Shown: piece after piece, positions 36,688-43,907 of the stretch
How positions within the stretch are numbered: the stretch's first letter is position 1
Layout of the letters: each line of letters begins with the position of its first letter
NCBI RefSeq assembly: GCF_988242995.1
Contig: NZ_OZ547043.1
Strand: one strand, 5' to 3'
DNA: 64,000 bases
The notes under the pieces: model-generated
What the model saw: only the letters and a program-made list of their open reading frames with translations
Told to the model about the DNA's origin: nothing
Databases searched by the model: none
Translations under genes and position numbers: made by a program

Positions 36688-36858
36688 TTAAAGTTCATGT
36701 GCCATCTGGTCTTTTTCGGCACAAGCTTCACTGCAATATTTTCTCGGTTCGTCTTTTGATAAAATCCCGTGCATGAAGTGAAGCATTCTTTCAATAGCTT
36801 TGCTTTCTTCAACGTCTTTTTTGCAAAGGTGGTAAGCACATTTTATTTTCTTAGTCAT
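36688..36858 (-). CDS. ydaE: YdaE small Cys-rich (zinc-binding) protein
   Basis: Hand translation gives [56 protein letters not shown] (56 aa). ATGA overlap with the kilR stop. Below the ORF-track cut-off. Confidence 0.8.
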   Translation of the reverse strand: MTKKIKCAYHLCKKDVEESKAIERMLHFMHGILSKDEPRKYCSEACAEKDQMAHEL

Positions 36859-37079
36859 CACCATGACTCCGCCTTTACAGGTAAACCATCACGACCGAGG
36901 AAGACTTTAATCATGCGGTCAGTAATGCATGTTTTTGTGGTCAGGTTACGAATATATAGTTTTCGCTTTTTAATATTGTTTGCCGAGGCAATATATGTCC
37001 GGCCTTCATGAAGAACATAATCGCCAGGAGTCACACACTGACGTGGTATTTCATCAGTTCCGAAGTGATGTGCAATCAT
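36858..37079 (-). CDS. kilR: KilR cell-division (FtsZ) inhibitor
   Basis: [42 protein letters not shown]... (73 aa from the internal start). Confidence 0.9.
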   Translation of the reverse strand: MIAHHFGTDEIPRQCVTPGDYVLHEGRTYIASANNIKKRKLYIRNLTTKTCITDRMIKVFLGRDGLPVKAESW

Positions 37080-37520
37080 AATTATCTCCATTTTTACAAA
37101 TGAACTTTGTTGATGCGGTGCCTGGTGCCTCCAGGTGACTGCAACCAGTTAACAATTACAGTCGGCTTTCCCACCCAAACCAATAAGGACTAACATGACT
37201 TTTAACTGTGCCACGTGCGCTTAGCCGCATTCACCGCATCACAAAATTCACTTTAAAAAGGGCGGACATCAGCCGAACTTCAAGAAAAAAACTGATGCCG
37301 CCAGGACTACACACAGCAATGTCGTTATTTACAACCGGAGGCGCACTCCCACCATTTAAATTTAACAGACAAGACCGACTCTTTATGGATATCGGAAATG
37401 CGCCTTCGTGTTGTGCCCGGTTTTATTTCACCACCTCCGGGCTTCGGTGGTCTCGGCTATACCCCTACAGCGAGAGCTTGTGTTAACATTTCAATACCCT
37501 TACAGTTGAGAGTTATTGAT

Positions 37521-38009
37521 ATGTTGGATGTATTTACTCCATTGTTGAAACTTTTTGCTAACGAGCCACTCGAAAGACTTATGTATACGATTATCATTTT
37601 TGGTCTCACTCTCTGGCTGATACCGAAAGAGTTTACTGCCGCATTCAATGCTTATACTGAAATACCTTGGCTCTTTCAGATTATCGTTTTTGCCTTTTCT
37701 TTCGTGGTCGCCATTTCCTTCTCAAGATTGCGAGCACATATTCAAAAGCATTATTCATTACTACCAGAGCAACGAGTATTGCTTCGTTTATCTGAGAAAG
37801 AAATCGCTGTATTTAAAGATTTCCTTAAAACAGGAAATCTTATTATCACTTCTCCTTGCCGTAACCCGGTTATGAAAAAATTAGAACGGAAGGGCATCAT
37901 TCAACATCAGAGTGATAGCGCAAACTGTTCTTATTATCTCGTCACCGAAAAATACTCCCATTTTATGAAGTTATTCTGGAACAGCAGGAGTAGACGTTTT
38001 AATCGTTAG
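37521..38009 (+). CDS. sieB: SieB superinfection exclusion protein
   Basis: ATG at 37521 gives MLDVFTPLLKLFANEPLERLMYTIIIFGLTLWLIPKEF... (162 aa, membrane). Confidence 0.9.
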   Translation: MLDVFTPLLKLFANEPLERLMYTIIIFGLTLWLIPKEFTAAFNAYTEIPWLFQIIVFAFSFVVAISFSRLRAHIQKHYSLLPEQRVLLRLSEKEIAVFKDFLKTGNLIITSPCRNPVMKKLERKGIIQHQSDSANCSYYLVTEKYSHFMKLFWNSRSRRFNR

Positions 38010-38161
38010 CTTACTGTGTGCTTCTCCAACCATCGGCGCGCACCAGTTTCGGTTTTAAATGTTTTGCTTTTGGTATACGTCATGGCAGTGAACGTTCCAT
38101 CCTGGTTGGGGAACACGCCGCACACCAGGGATTCGTTGTTGCCGAGGTCGATTTTTTGCAT
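38006..38161 (-). CDS. ydaF: YdaF small protein
   Basis: Hand translation gives MQKIDLGNNESLVCGVFPNQDGTFTAMTYTKSKTFKTETGARRWLEKHTVS (51 aa). Below the ORF-track cut-off. Confidence 0.75.
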   Translation of the reverse strand: MQKIDLGNNESLVCGVFPNQDGTFTAMTYTKSKTFKTETGARRWLEKHTVS

Positions 38162-38171
38162 TTTGCGAATC

Positions 38172-38306
38172 TCACATCTTGTTGCTACGTATAGCGACTT
38201 CTGCCTGCCAGAGATCCCAGTCGTTGCTGCGTAAAGCCTGCACAGCCTGGTTGTAAGTGATACCGCAACAATCCATCAAATACTGAACTACTTCGTAATG
38301 CACCAT
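38172..38306 (-). CDS. ydaG: YdaG small protein
   Basis: Hand translation gives MVHYEVVQYLMDCCGITYNQAVQALRSNDWDLWQAEVAIRSNKM (44 aa), preceded by GGGGAGAG. Confidence 0.75.
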   Translation of the reverse strand: MVHYEVVQYLMDCCGITYNQAVQALRSNDWDLWQAEVAIRSNKM

Positions 38307-38475
38307 CTTATCTCTCCCCTTAACGCCGGGTGGCGGAACTAACTGCTGCACTGCAAAATTTGAATCCCGCCGTCATGTTCATACGCCTCGGGCTGGCTAC
38401 TTAACCCCTTACCACTGCCTGGTAACTCGAAGTATTGCCCGGCGTTCTGTGGGGCGGGGTGGGTGGTATGCTGGA

Positions 38476-38504
38476 ACTATAGGTAATGCCTAATTGATTG
38501 TCAA
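38476..38504 (-). promoter_or_regulatory. Leftward early promoter (PL-like) with flanking GCCTAAT operator repeats
   Basis: The minus strand reads TTGACA-N17-TATAGT. It is embedded in ATTAGGC/GCCTAAT repeats and mirrors the element at 39145-39188. Confidence 0.65.
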
Positions 38505-38614
38505 TAGGCTATGCCTAATGTTTTGAGCGTAACCTAATAGGTGATGGCGACAGCAGAAAGTGATGGGGGGGTTAAATAACGGAATCCAGGAGTTTTCCGT
38601 CAGACCATATAAGT

Positions 38615-39091
38615 TTAAGTTCCAGTTTTTGTGATGTTCTGGCTTTTCCGTTCAGATTCTAGAGCTTTCAGATACTTACCCACTTTCATTTCCATCGCTG
38701 CTATATAGGCGCGAACATCGTGGTCAACCCAATCTGGTTCTGTAGCATTTCCAGATAACAGGAAAGCTACAATCGCTCTTATTTCATCAGAGGCTGCTTG
38801 ATAAAGGTTGTTTATATCTAAAAGTTCACTTTTTGTATCTGAATTGGTGGGGGTTGGTATGGGGTATTCGTTAAGCCCCCAATGCTCTGGACCAACAACA
38901 TCAGAAAAGAAACGCCATAATTCTGGAAGTTTATCTTTACTTATAGAGCCTTTCTTAATCCAGTCATAAATTGATGGTGGTTGGACTTTGAAGTGGCGTG
39001 CGACCTCCGCCTTTGATTTGACGGATCCCGATGCGATTTTTTTGTTAATGGCCTGCTCTATCGCTCGGCCTAAGTCTTTACCACTAAGCAT
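38615..39091 (-). CDS. racR: RacR prophage repressor
   Basis: 158 aa with N-terminal HTH (KSKAEVARHFKVQPPSIYDWIKKG). Divergent from ydaS. Confidence 0.93.
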   Translation of the reverse strand: MLSGKDLGRAIEQAINKKIASGSVKSKAEVARHFKVQPPSIYDWIKKGSISKDKLPELWRFFSDVVGPEHWGLNEYPIPTPTNSDTKSELLDINNLYQAASDEIRAIVAFLLSGNATEPDWVDHDVRAYIAAMEMKVGKYLKALESERKSQNITKTGT

Positions 39092-39158
39092 TGCTTAATA
39101 TTCTCCTATGCGCATTACATTAGGCAATCCCTACCCTTACCGCATTAGGCACAGCCTA

Positions 39159-39188
39159 TTGACAATTGCGTTAGGCGTCGCCTAATAT
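39159..39188 (+). promoter_or_regulatory. Rightward early promoter (PR-like) with GCCTAAT operator repeats
   Basis: TTGACA-N18-TAATAT lies 27 nt upstream of the ydaS ATG, flanked by CATTAGGC/GCCTAAT copies. Confidence 0.65.
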
Positions 39189-39214
39189 TTCTGTGTGTTT
39201 TTGGAGTTCATTCG

Positions 39215-39511
39215 ATGAAAAAAGAGAACTATTCATTCAAGCAAGCTTGTGCTGTTGTCGGTGGGCAATCAGCAATGGCTAGGCTTTTAGGTGTATCACC
39301 TCCAAGCGTAAATCAATGGATCAAAGGGGTACGTCAATTGCCTGCCGAGAGATGTCCAGCAATTGAACGTGCAACAAGAGGTGAGGTTCTGTGCGAAGAA
39401 CTTCGTCCTGATATTGACTGGTCATATTTACGACGTTCGGCATGTTGTTCGCAGAATATGTCAGTGAAGCAACTAAATGACAGTAACAAATCCTCATTTG
39501 ATCATACCTGA
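39215..39511 (+). CDS. ydaS: YdaS Cro-like HTH protein
   Basis: 98 aa with HTH ACAVVGGQSAMARLLGVSPPSVNQWIKG. First gene of the rightward operon. Confidence 0.9.
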   Translation: MKKENYSFKQACAVVGGQSAMARLLGVSPPSVNQWIKGVRQLPAERCPAIERATRGEVLCEELRPDIDWSYLRRSACCSQNMSVKQLNDSNKSSFDHT

Positions 39512-39533
39512 AACATCAAGAGGCAAATGATTC

Positions 39534-39956
39534 ATGAAAATCAAGCATGAGCACATCGAATCAGTGTTGTTTGCCCTAGCAGCCGAAAAAGGGCAGGCAT
39601 GGGTAGCCAATGCAATTACTGAAGAATATCTGCGCCAGGGGGGCGGCGAATTGCCCCTGGTTCCAGGCAAGGACTGGAACAATCAGCAGAATATCTATCA
39701 CCGTTGGTTGAAAGGTGAAACGAAAACGCAAAGAGAAAAAATTCAGAAGCTGATCCCAGCAATTCTGGCAATCCTTCCGCGCGAGCTGCGTCACCGACTC
39801 TGCATCTTCGATACCCTGGAACGCCGTGCATTACTGGCGGCGCAGGAAGCGTTAAGTACGGCAATTGATGCGCATGATGATGCAGTCCAAGCCGTTTACC
39901 GGAAAGCGCATTTCAGCGGCGGCGGTTCTTCCGACGATTCTGTCATTGTTCATTAA
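39534..39956 (+). CDS. ydaT: YdaT (CII-like position; reported toxic protein)
   Basis: 140 aa, MKIKHEHIESVLFALAAEKGQAWVANAITEEYLRQ.... Confidence 0.88.
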   Translation: MKIKHEHIESVLFALAAEKGQAWVANAITEEYLRQGGGELPLVPGKDWNNQQNIYHRWLKGETKTQREKIQKLIPAILAILPRELRHRLCIFDTLERRALLAAQEALSTAIDAHDDAVQAVYRKAHFSGGGSSDDSVIVH

Positions 39957-39968
39957 GCAAAAGTTTCC

Positions 39969-40826
39969 ATGCTGTTTGTGCTTATTCTAAGCCACCGGGC
40001 AGCATCATACGGGGCAATTATGGCCGCATTACCATACATGCAACTGTACATAGCTGATTACCTGGCTGACACCATGCATTTGTCAGCAGAGGAGCATGGT
40101 GCGTATTTGTTGCTGATGTTCAATTACTGGCAAACAGGAAAGCCAATACCTAAAAACAGGCTGGCAAAAATTGCCCGTCTGACTAACGAGCGATGGGCTG
40201 ATGTTGAACCATCCTTGCAGGAGTTTTTTTGCGATAACGGCGAGGAATGGGTGCATCTTCGGATTGAGGAAGATCTGGCATCAGTCAGGGAAAAATTAAC
40301 CAAAAAATCAGCCGCAGGAAAAGCATCTGTTCAGGCCAGAAGAAGCAGAAAGGAAGCAGATGTTCAAACAAAACAAGAGAGAAATTTAACAGGTGTTCAA
40401 ACAGATGTTGAAGTGGTGTTTGAACATGATGTCAACACAAAGGCAACTAATAAAGATACAGATAAAGATCTAAAAACAGATCCCCCCCTAAATCCCCCCC
40501 GGGGGAATCGAGGTGTCAAAAAGTTTGACCCTCTGGATATTGCTTTGCCGAACTGGATTTCTGTCTCGCTTTGGCGTGAGTGGGTTGAATTTCGCCAGGC
40601 ATTGCGAAAACCGATTCGAACGGAGCAGGGCGCTAACGGGGCGATACGGGAGCTGGAAAAATTCCGCCAGCAGGGTTTTTCACCTGAGCAGGTGATTCGA
40701 CACAGCATCGCCAATGAATACCAGGGCTTGTTCGCGCCGAAAGGTGTTCGACCTGAGACGTTACTCCGACAGGTTAACACCGTCTCGTTACCGGATAGTG
40801 CGATCCCGCCAGGCTTCAGGGGGTAA
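39969..40826 (+). CDS. ydaU: YdaU replication-initiation (O-like, DUF1376) protein
   Basis: 285 aa. Contains an internal iteron cluster, as lambda O does. Followed by a DnaC-like loader. Confidence 0.88.
   Translation: MLFVLILSHRAASYGAIMAALPYMQLYIADYLADTMHLSAEEHGAYLLLMFNYWQTGKPIPKNRLAKIARLTNERWADVEPSLQEFFCDNGEEWVHLRIEEDLASVREKLTKKSAAGKASVQARRSRKEADVQTKQERNLTGVQTDVEVVFEHDVNTKATNKDTDKDLKTDPPLNPPRGNRGVKKFDPLDIALPNWISVSLWREWVEFRQALRKPIRTEQGANGAIRELEKFRQQGFSPEQVIRHSIANEYQGLFAPKGVRPETLLRQVNTVSLPDSAIPPGFRG
40361..40437. repeat. Iteron cluster (candidate prophage origin, oriJ-like) inside ydaU
   Basis: TGTTCAAACA at 40361-40370 and 40394-40403, its inverse TGTTTGAACA at 40417-40426, and half-sites GATGTTGAAG and GATGTCAACA. 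Followed by an A/T-rich stretch and then C7-TAAAT-C7G5. Confidence 0.55.
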
Positions 40827-40832
40827 CTGACC

Positions 40833-41579
40833 ATGAAAAATATTGCGACAGGCGATGTTCTTGAACGTATCCGCAGACTGGCCCCGTCACATGTAACCGC
40901 GCCATTCAAGACGGTAGCGGAGTGGCGCGAGTGGCAACTTTCCGAAGGCCAGAAACGTTGTGAGGAGATCAACCGTCAGAATCGTCAGTTGCGGGTGGAA
41001 AAAATTCTTAATCGCTCTGGCATCCAGCCATTGCACCGCAAATGCTCGTTTTCGAATTACCAGGTGCAGAACGAAGGGCAGCGATACGCGTTGAGTCAGG
41101 CGAAATCCATCGCTGATGAACTGATGACCGGGTGTACAAATTTTGCGTTCAGCGGAAAACCTGGTACCGGAAAAAACCATCTGGCGGCGGCTATCGGGAA
41201 TCGCCTGCTGAAAGATGGCCAGACAGTGATTGTGGTTACCGTGGCTGATGTCATGAGTGCCCTACACGCCAGCTATGACGACGGGCAATCAGGCGAAAAA
41301 TTTTTGCGGGAACTGTGCCAAGTGGATCTGCTGGTTCTTGATGAAATTGGCATTCAGCGCGAGACAAAAAACGAGCAGGTGGTGCTGCACCAGATTGTTG
41401 ATCGCCGGACAGCGTCGATGCGCAGCGTGGGGATGCTGACAAACCTGAATTATGAGGCCATGAAAACATTGCTCGGCGAGAGGATTATGGATCGCATGAC
41501 CATGAACGGCGGGCGATGGGTGAATTTTAACTGGGAGAGCTGGCGTCCGAATGTCGTCCAGCCAGGAATTGCGAAGTAA
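40833..41579 (+). CDS. ydaV: YdaV DnaC-like helicase loader (AAA+)
   Basis: 248 aa with Walker [11 protein letters not shown] and Walker B LLVLDEIG. Confidence 0.92.
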   Translation: MKNIATGDVLERIRRLAPSHVTAPFKTVAEWREWQLSEGQKRCEEINRQNRQLRVEKILNRSGIQPLHRKCSFSNYQVQNEGQRYALSQAKSIADELMTGCTNFAFSGKPGTGKNHLAAAIGNRLLKDGQTVIVVTVADVMSALHASYDDGQSGEKFLRELCQVDLLVLDEIGIQRETKNEQVVLHQIVDRRTASMRSVGMLTNLNYEAMKTLLGERIMDRMTMNGGRWVNFNWESWRPNVVQPGIAK

Positions 41580-41601
41580 TTTTTACCGGGAGAAAAATTT
41601 A

Positions 41602-42363
41602 ATGGAGACTGTTTTTGACGCACTGAAAGCAATGGGAAAAGCCACATCCATAGAACTTGCTGCGCGACTTGATATCAGCCGTGAAGAAGTGCTGAACGAA
41701 CTATGGGAACTGAAAAAGGCTGGTTTCGTTGATAAAAGCGCGTACACCTGGCGTGTGGCTGATAACAACGTTCAGCAGGAACAGCCAGCGCCGGCAGAAC
41801 TGCCGGAAGAAACTACCACGGCAACAGTCGCGAAAATTTCAGAGAGCGATTTAACTGCGACGATTGAACAACGTGGTCCACTAACTGCGGATGAACTGGC
41901 TACGTTGTTCGGTACCACATCCCGCAAAGTGGCTTCAACGCTGGCAATGGCAATCAGCAAAGCTCGTCTGATTCGCGTTAATCAGAACGGTAAATTTCGT
42001 TACTGCATGCCGGGCGGTAATTTACCAGCAGAGCCGAAAGCTGCATCGGTAGCGGAAACAGATGGTAAAGCCTTTCCTCAGCTAGCCGGTGTTGCGTTAC
42101 CAGTACAGGAAGCTGCAACACAGGAAGATATTAAAACAGAAACTGTGGCGGACATTGTGCAGTCGTTGCCATCGTTTACTGAAACGCAAGCGGATAACCT
42201 GATTTTACCATCGCTGCATATGGCAAACCGTGAACTGCGTCGGGCGAAAAATCATGTCCAGAAGTGGGAGCGAGTCTGCGCCGCGCTGCGGGAGCTGAAC
42301 AAGCACCGGGATATTGTTCGACAGATTTTCGATTCCTCCAGTCGTATTGTGTCGGAAAAGTGA
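41602..42363 (+). CDS. ydaW: YdaW-like protein, apparently full length (253 aa)
   Basis: ATG at 41602 gives [43 protein letters not shown]... (winged-helix N-terminus). I recall K-12 ydaW as a truncated pseudogene. Confidence 0.8.
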   Translation: METVFDALKAMGKATSIELAARLDISREEVLNELWELKKAGFVDKSAYTWRVADNNVQQEQPAPAELPEETTTATVAKISESDLTATIEQRGPLTADELATLFGTTSRKVASTLAMAISKARLIRVNQNGKFRYCMPGGNLPAEPKAASVAETDGKAFPQLAGVALPVQEAATQEDIKTETVADIVQSLPSFTETQADNLILPSLHMANRELRRAKNHVQKWERVCAALRELNKHRDIVRQIFDSSSRIVSEK

Positions 42364-42378
42364 TTGCCGGAGGCACCT

Positions 42379-42810
42379 ATGGCAAAAGTATTTACACCAG
42401 AAGAGCGGGAAAAAATTAAAGGGCAGGTTGTTGAACTTGTACGTCTGAGCGGTCGCGAGACGTTACGGGCTCTGGAGGCTAAAACCGGTGCATCAAGGTA
42501 TTACATAAGCACTCTCGCCAGAGAACTGGTCGCCAGTGGTGATGTTTACAATTCAGGCTACGGATTATTCCCGTCTGAGCAGGCTCGTAAGGACTGGCAA
42601 AACGCCCGCAAAAAACTATCCAGGGCAAAGGTGAAAAAAACGGTTGTGGTTGATCCTGACCTTATCTGGTCATTACCAGACGGAGAAATACGCCGCTACG
42701 ACAGGCGCCTGAATATAATCTGTCGCGAGTGCCGGAAAAGCGAAGTTATGCAGCGTGTACTGGCATTTTACCAGAGTAATTTCAGGAGGTTGTCTGGTGA
42801 GCACGATTAA
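42379..42810 (+). CDS. Hypothetical phage protein (143 aa; HTH-like N-terminus, CRECRKS near C-terminus)
   Basis: GGAGGCACCT precedes the ATG at 42379. Translation MAKVFTPEEREKIKGQVVELVRLSGRETLRALEAKTGASRYYISTLAREL.... Last gene of the rightward block before the antisense cassette. Confidence 0.7.
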   Translation: MAKVFTPEEREKIKGQVVELVRLSGRETLRALEAKTGASRYYISTLARELVASGDVYNSGYGLFPSEQARKDWQNARKKLSRAKVKKTVVVDPDLIWSLPDGEIRRYDRRLNIICRECRKSEVMQRVLAFYQSNFRRLSGEHD

Positions 42811-42835
42811 CTACTAGGGGGGATAACAATAAAAT

Positions 42836-42855
42836 AAAGCCTCCTAGGAGGCTTT
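42836..42855. terminator. Perfect 20-nt palindrome; bidirectional terminator at the cassette boundary
   Basis: AAAGCCTCCTAGGAGGCTTT has an 8-bp stem and a CTAG loop. It overlaps the MTase stop codon (TAG). A T-rich tract follows on the minus strand. Confidence 0.7.
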
Positions 42856-43884
42856 GATTATATTAAGCAAATGTTTTCCAATCGTTTCAGACATCTTCGG
42901 AGGGACCGCATTTCCTATTTGACGAGCCCGAGATTGCAAAGAACCAATAAATTTATAATCCAAAGGAAATGTTTGTAGACACGCTGCTTCACGAACCGAT
43001 ATTGCTCGATTTTGTGTTGGATGTCCAAAACGTCCATTTGAATAGCTAATACAACGAGTTGTTAGTCCGCTGGCTGGTTTGTCCCAACTCAAACGTCCAT
43101 ATACGTCTGTATGCCCTTTATGGTTACGATGGCATTCTAAAATCAATTCATCTGGCCAAAATTCTCGACTTCCACCTTCAGGAGTGCATTTTATTCTACG
43201 TAAATTAAGCTCTGATAAGCGTGCAGCTTCATGATCAGGAATACTATTATGCTTTTCTCCTGCTTCTATCTTCGGTAAATTAGCGATCCAGTCCTTTACT
43301 GTTGAATAGGGAGTATTTCCAACCCCATGTGTAGGAGAAGGCAATGCGACATAAAAATCCTTGGATGCAATGAGCACTAATCTTTCTCGCGTCTGTGGTA
43401 CACCGTACCACGCAGCTGGCATTACTTTATAATCTACACTATATCCCTTTGATGAAAGCATTTCTAAAAACATCATGAATGTTCCTTCATTTTTGTTAAA
43501 CTTTTGCATTCCTGGCACGTTTTCAACAAAAATAAAATCAGGCATATAATGCTCTACAAAGCGACTGAATTCCTTTAATAGATCTAATCGTGGATCATCA
43601 TTTTTCTTATTTGAGTTTTGCTTAGAGTACGGTTGACAAGGCGCACATCCTGAAAAAAGAATGTAATCATTACGATGTTTTTTTACTAACTTGTTTATGG
43701 CATTGTTGTCGATTAACCTAATGTCCGAGTTAATAAAAGCAGCCTGCGGGAAATTTGCACGAAATGAACTGGCTGCATCAACGTCGAAATCGAGGCCAAA
43801 AACAATATCCATTCCAGCTTGATGGAAACCTTGGCTGGTTCCACCACAACCGGAAAAGAAGTCAAACACTTTGATTTTTTTCAT
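42844..43884 (-). CDS. DNA (cytosine-5) methyltransferase
   Basis: All canonical C5-MTase motifs occur in order: I FDFFSGCGG, IV GCAPCQPYS, VI FVENVPG, VIII QTRERLVLIA, IX REAACLQTFP, X GNAVPP. The best start is ATG 43884 with GAGGG upstream. The track ORF uses GTG 43908. Confidence 0.9.
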   Translation of the reverse strand: MKKIKVFDFFSGCGGTSQGFHQAGMDIVFGLDFDVDAASSFRANFPQAAFINSDIRLIDNNAINKLVKKHRNDYILFSGCAPCQPYSKQNSNKKNDDPRLDLLKEFSRFVEHYMPDFIFVENVPGMQKFNKNEGTFMMFLEMLSSKGYSVDYKVMPAAWYGVPQTRERLVLIASKDFYVALPSPTHGVGNTPYSTVKDWIANLPKIEAGEKHNSIPDHEAARLSELNLRRIKCTPEGGSREFWPDELILECHRNHKGHTDVYGRLSWDKPASGLTTRCISYSNGRFGHPTQNRAISVREAACLQTFPLDYKFIGSLQSRARQIGNAVPPKMSETIGKHLLNIIKAS

Positions 43885-43907
43885 TTTTCCCTCTGCATCC
43901 AGAATCA

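Noticed and set aside
37092-37520. kilR-sieB spacer examined for an N-like antiterminator gene or sRNA
   Set aside because: Only frames of 24 codons or fewer, without an SD, occur on either strand. Hairpins are present (for example ACCACC...GGTGGT near 37429-37450), but nothing I could support as a discrete feature.
40482-40505. C7-TAAAT-C7-G5 homopolymer tracts as a phase-variable slip-strand switch
   Set aside because: The tracts lie in frame within ydaU, encoding DPPLNPPRGN as in the K-12 protein I recall. There is no evidence here of length variation, so I treat them as part of the origin-like region instead.
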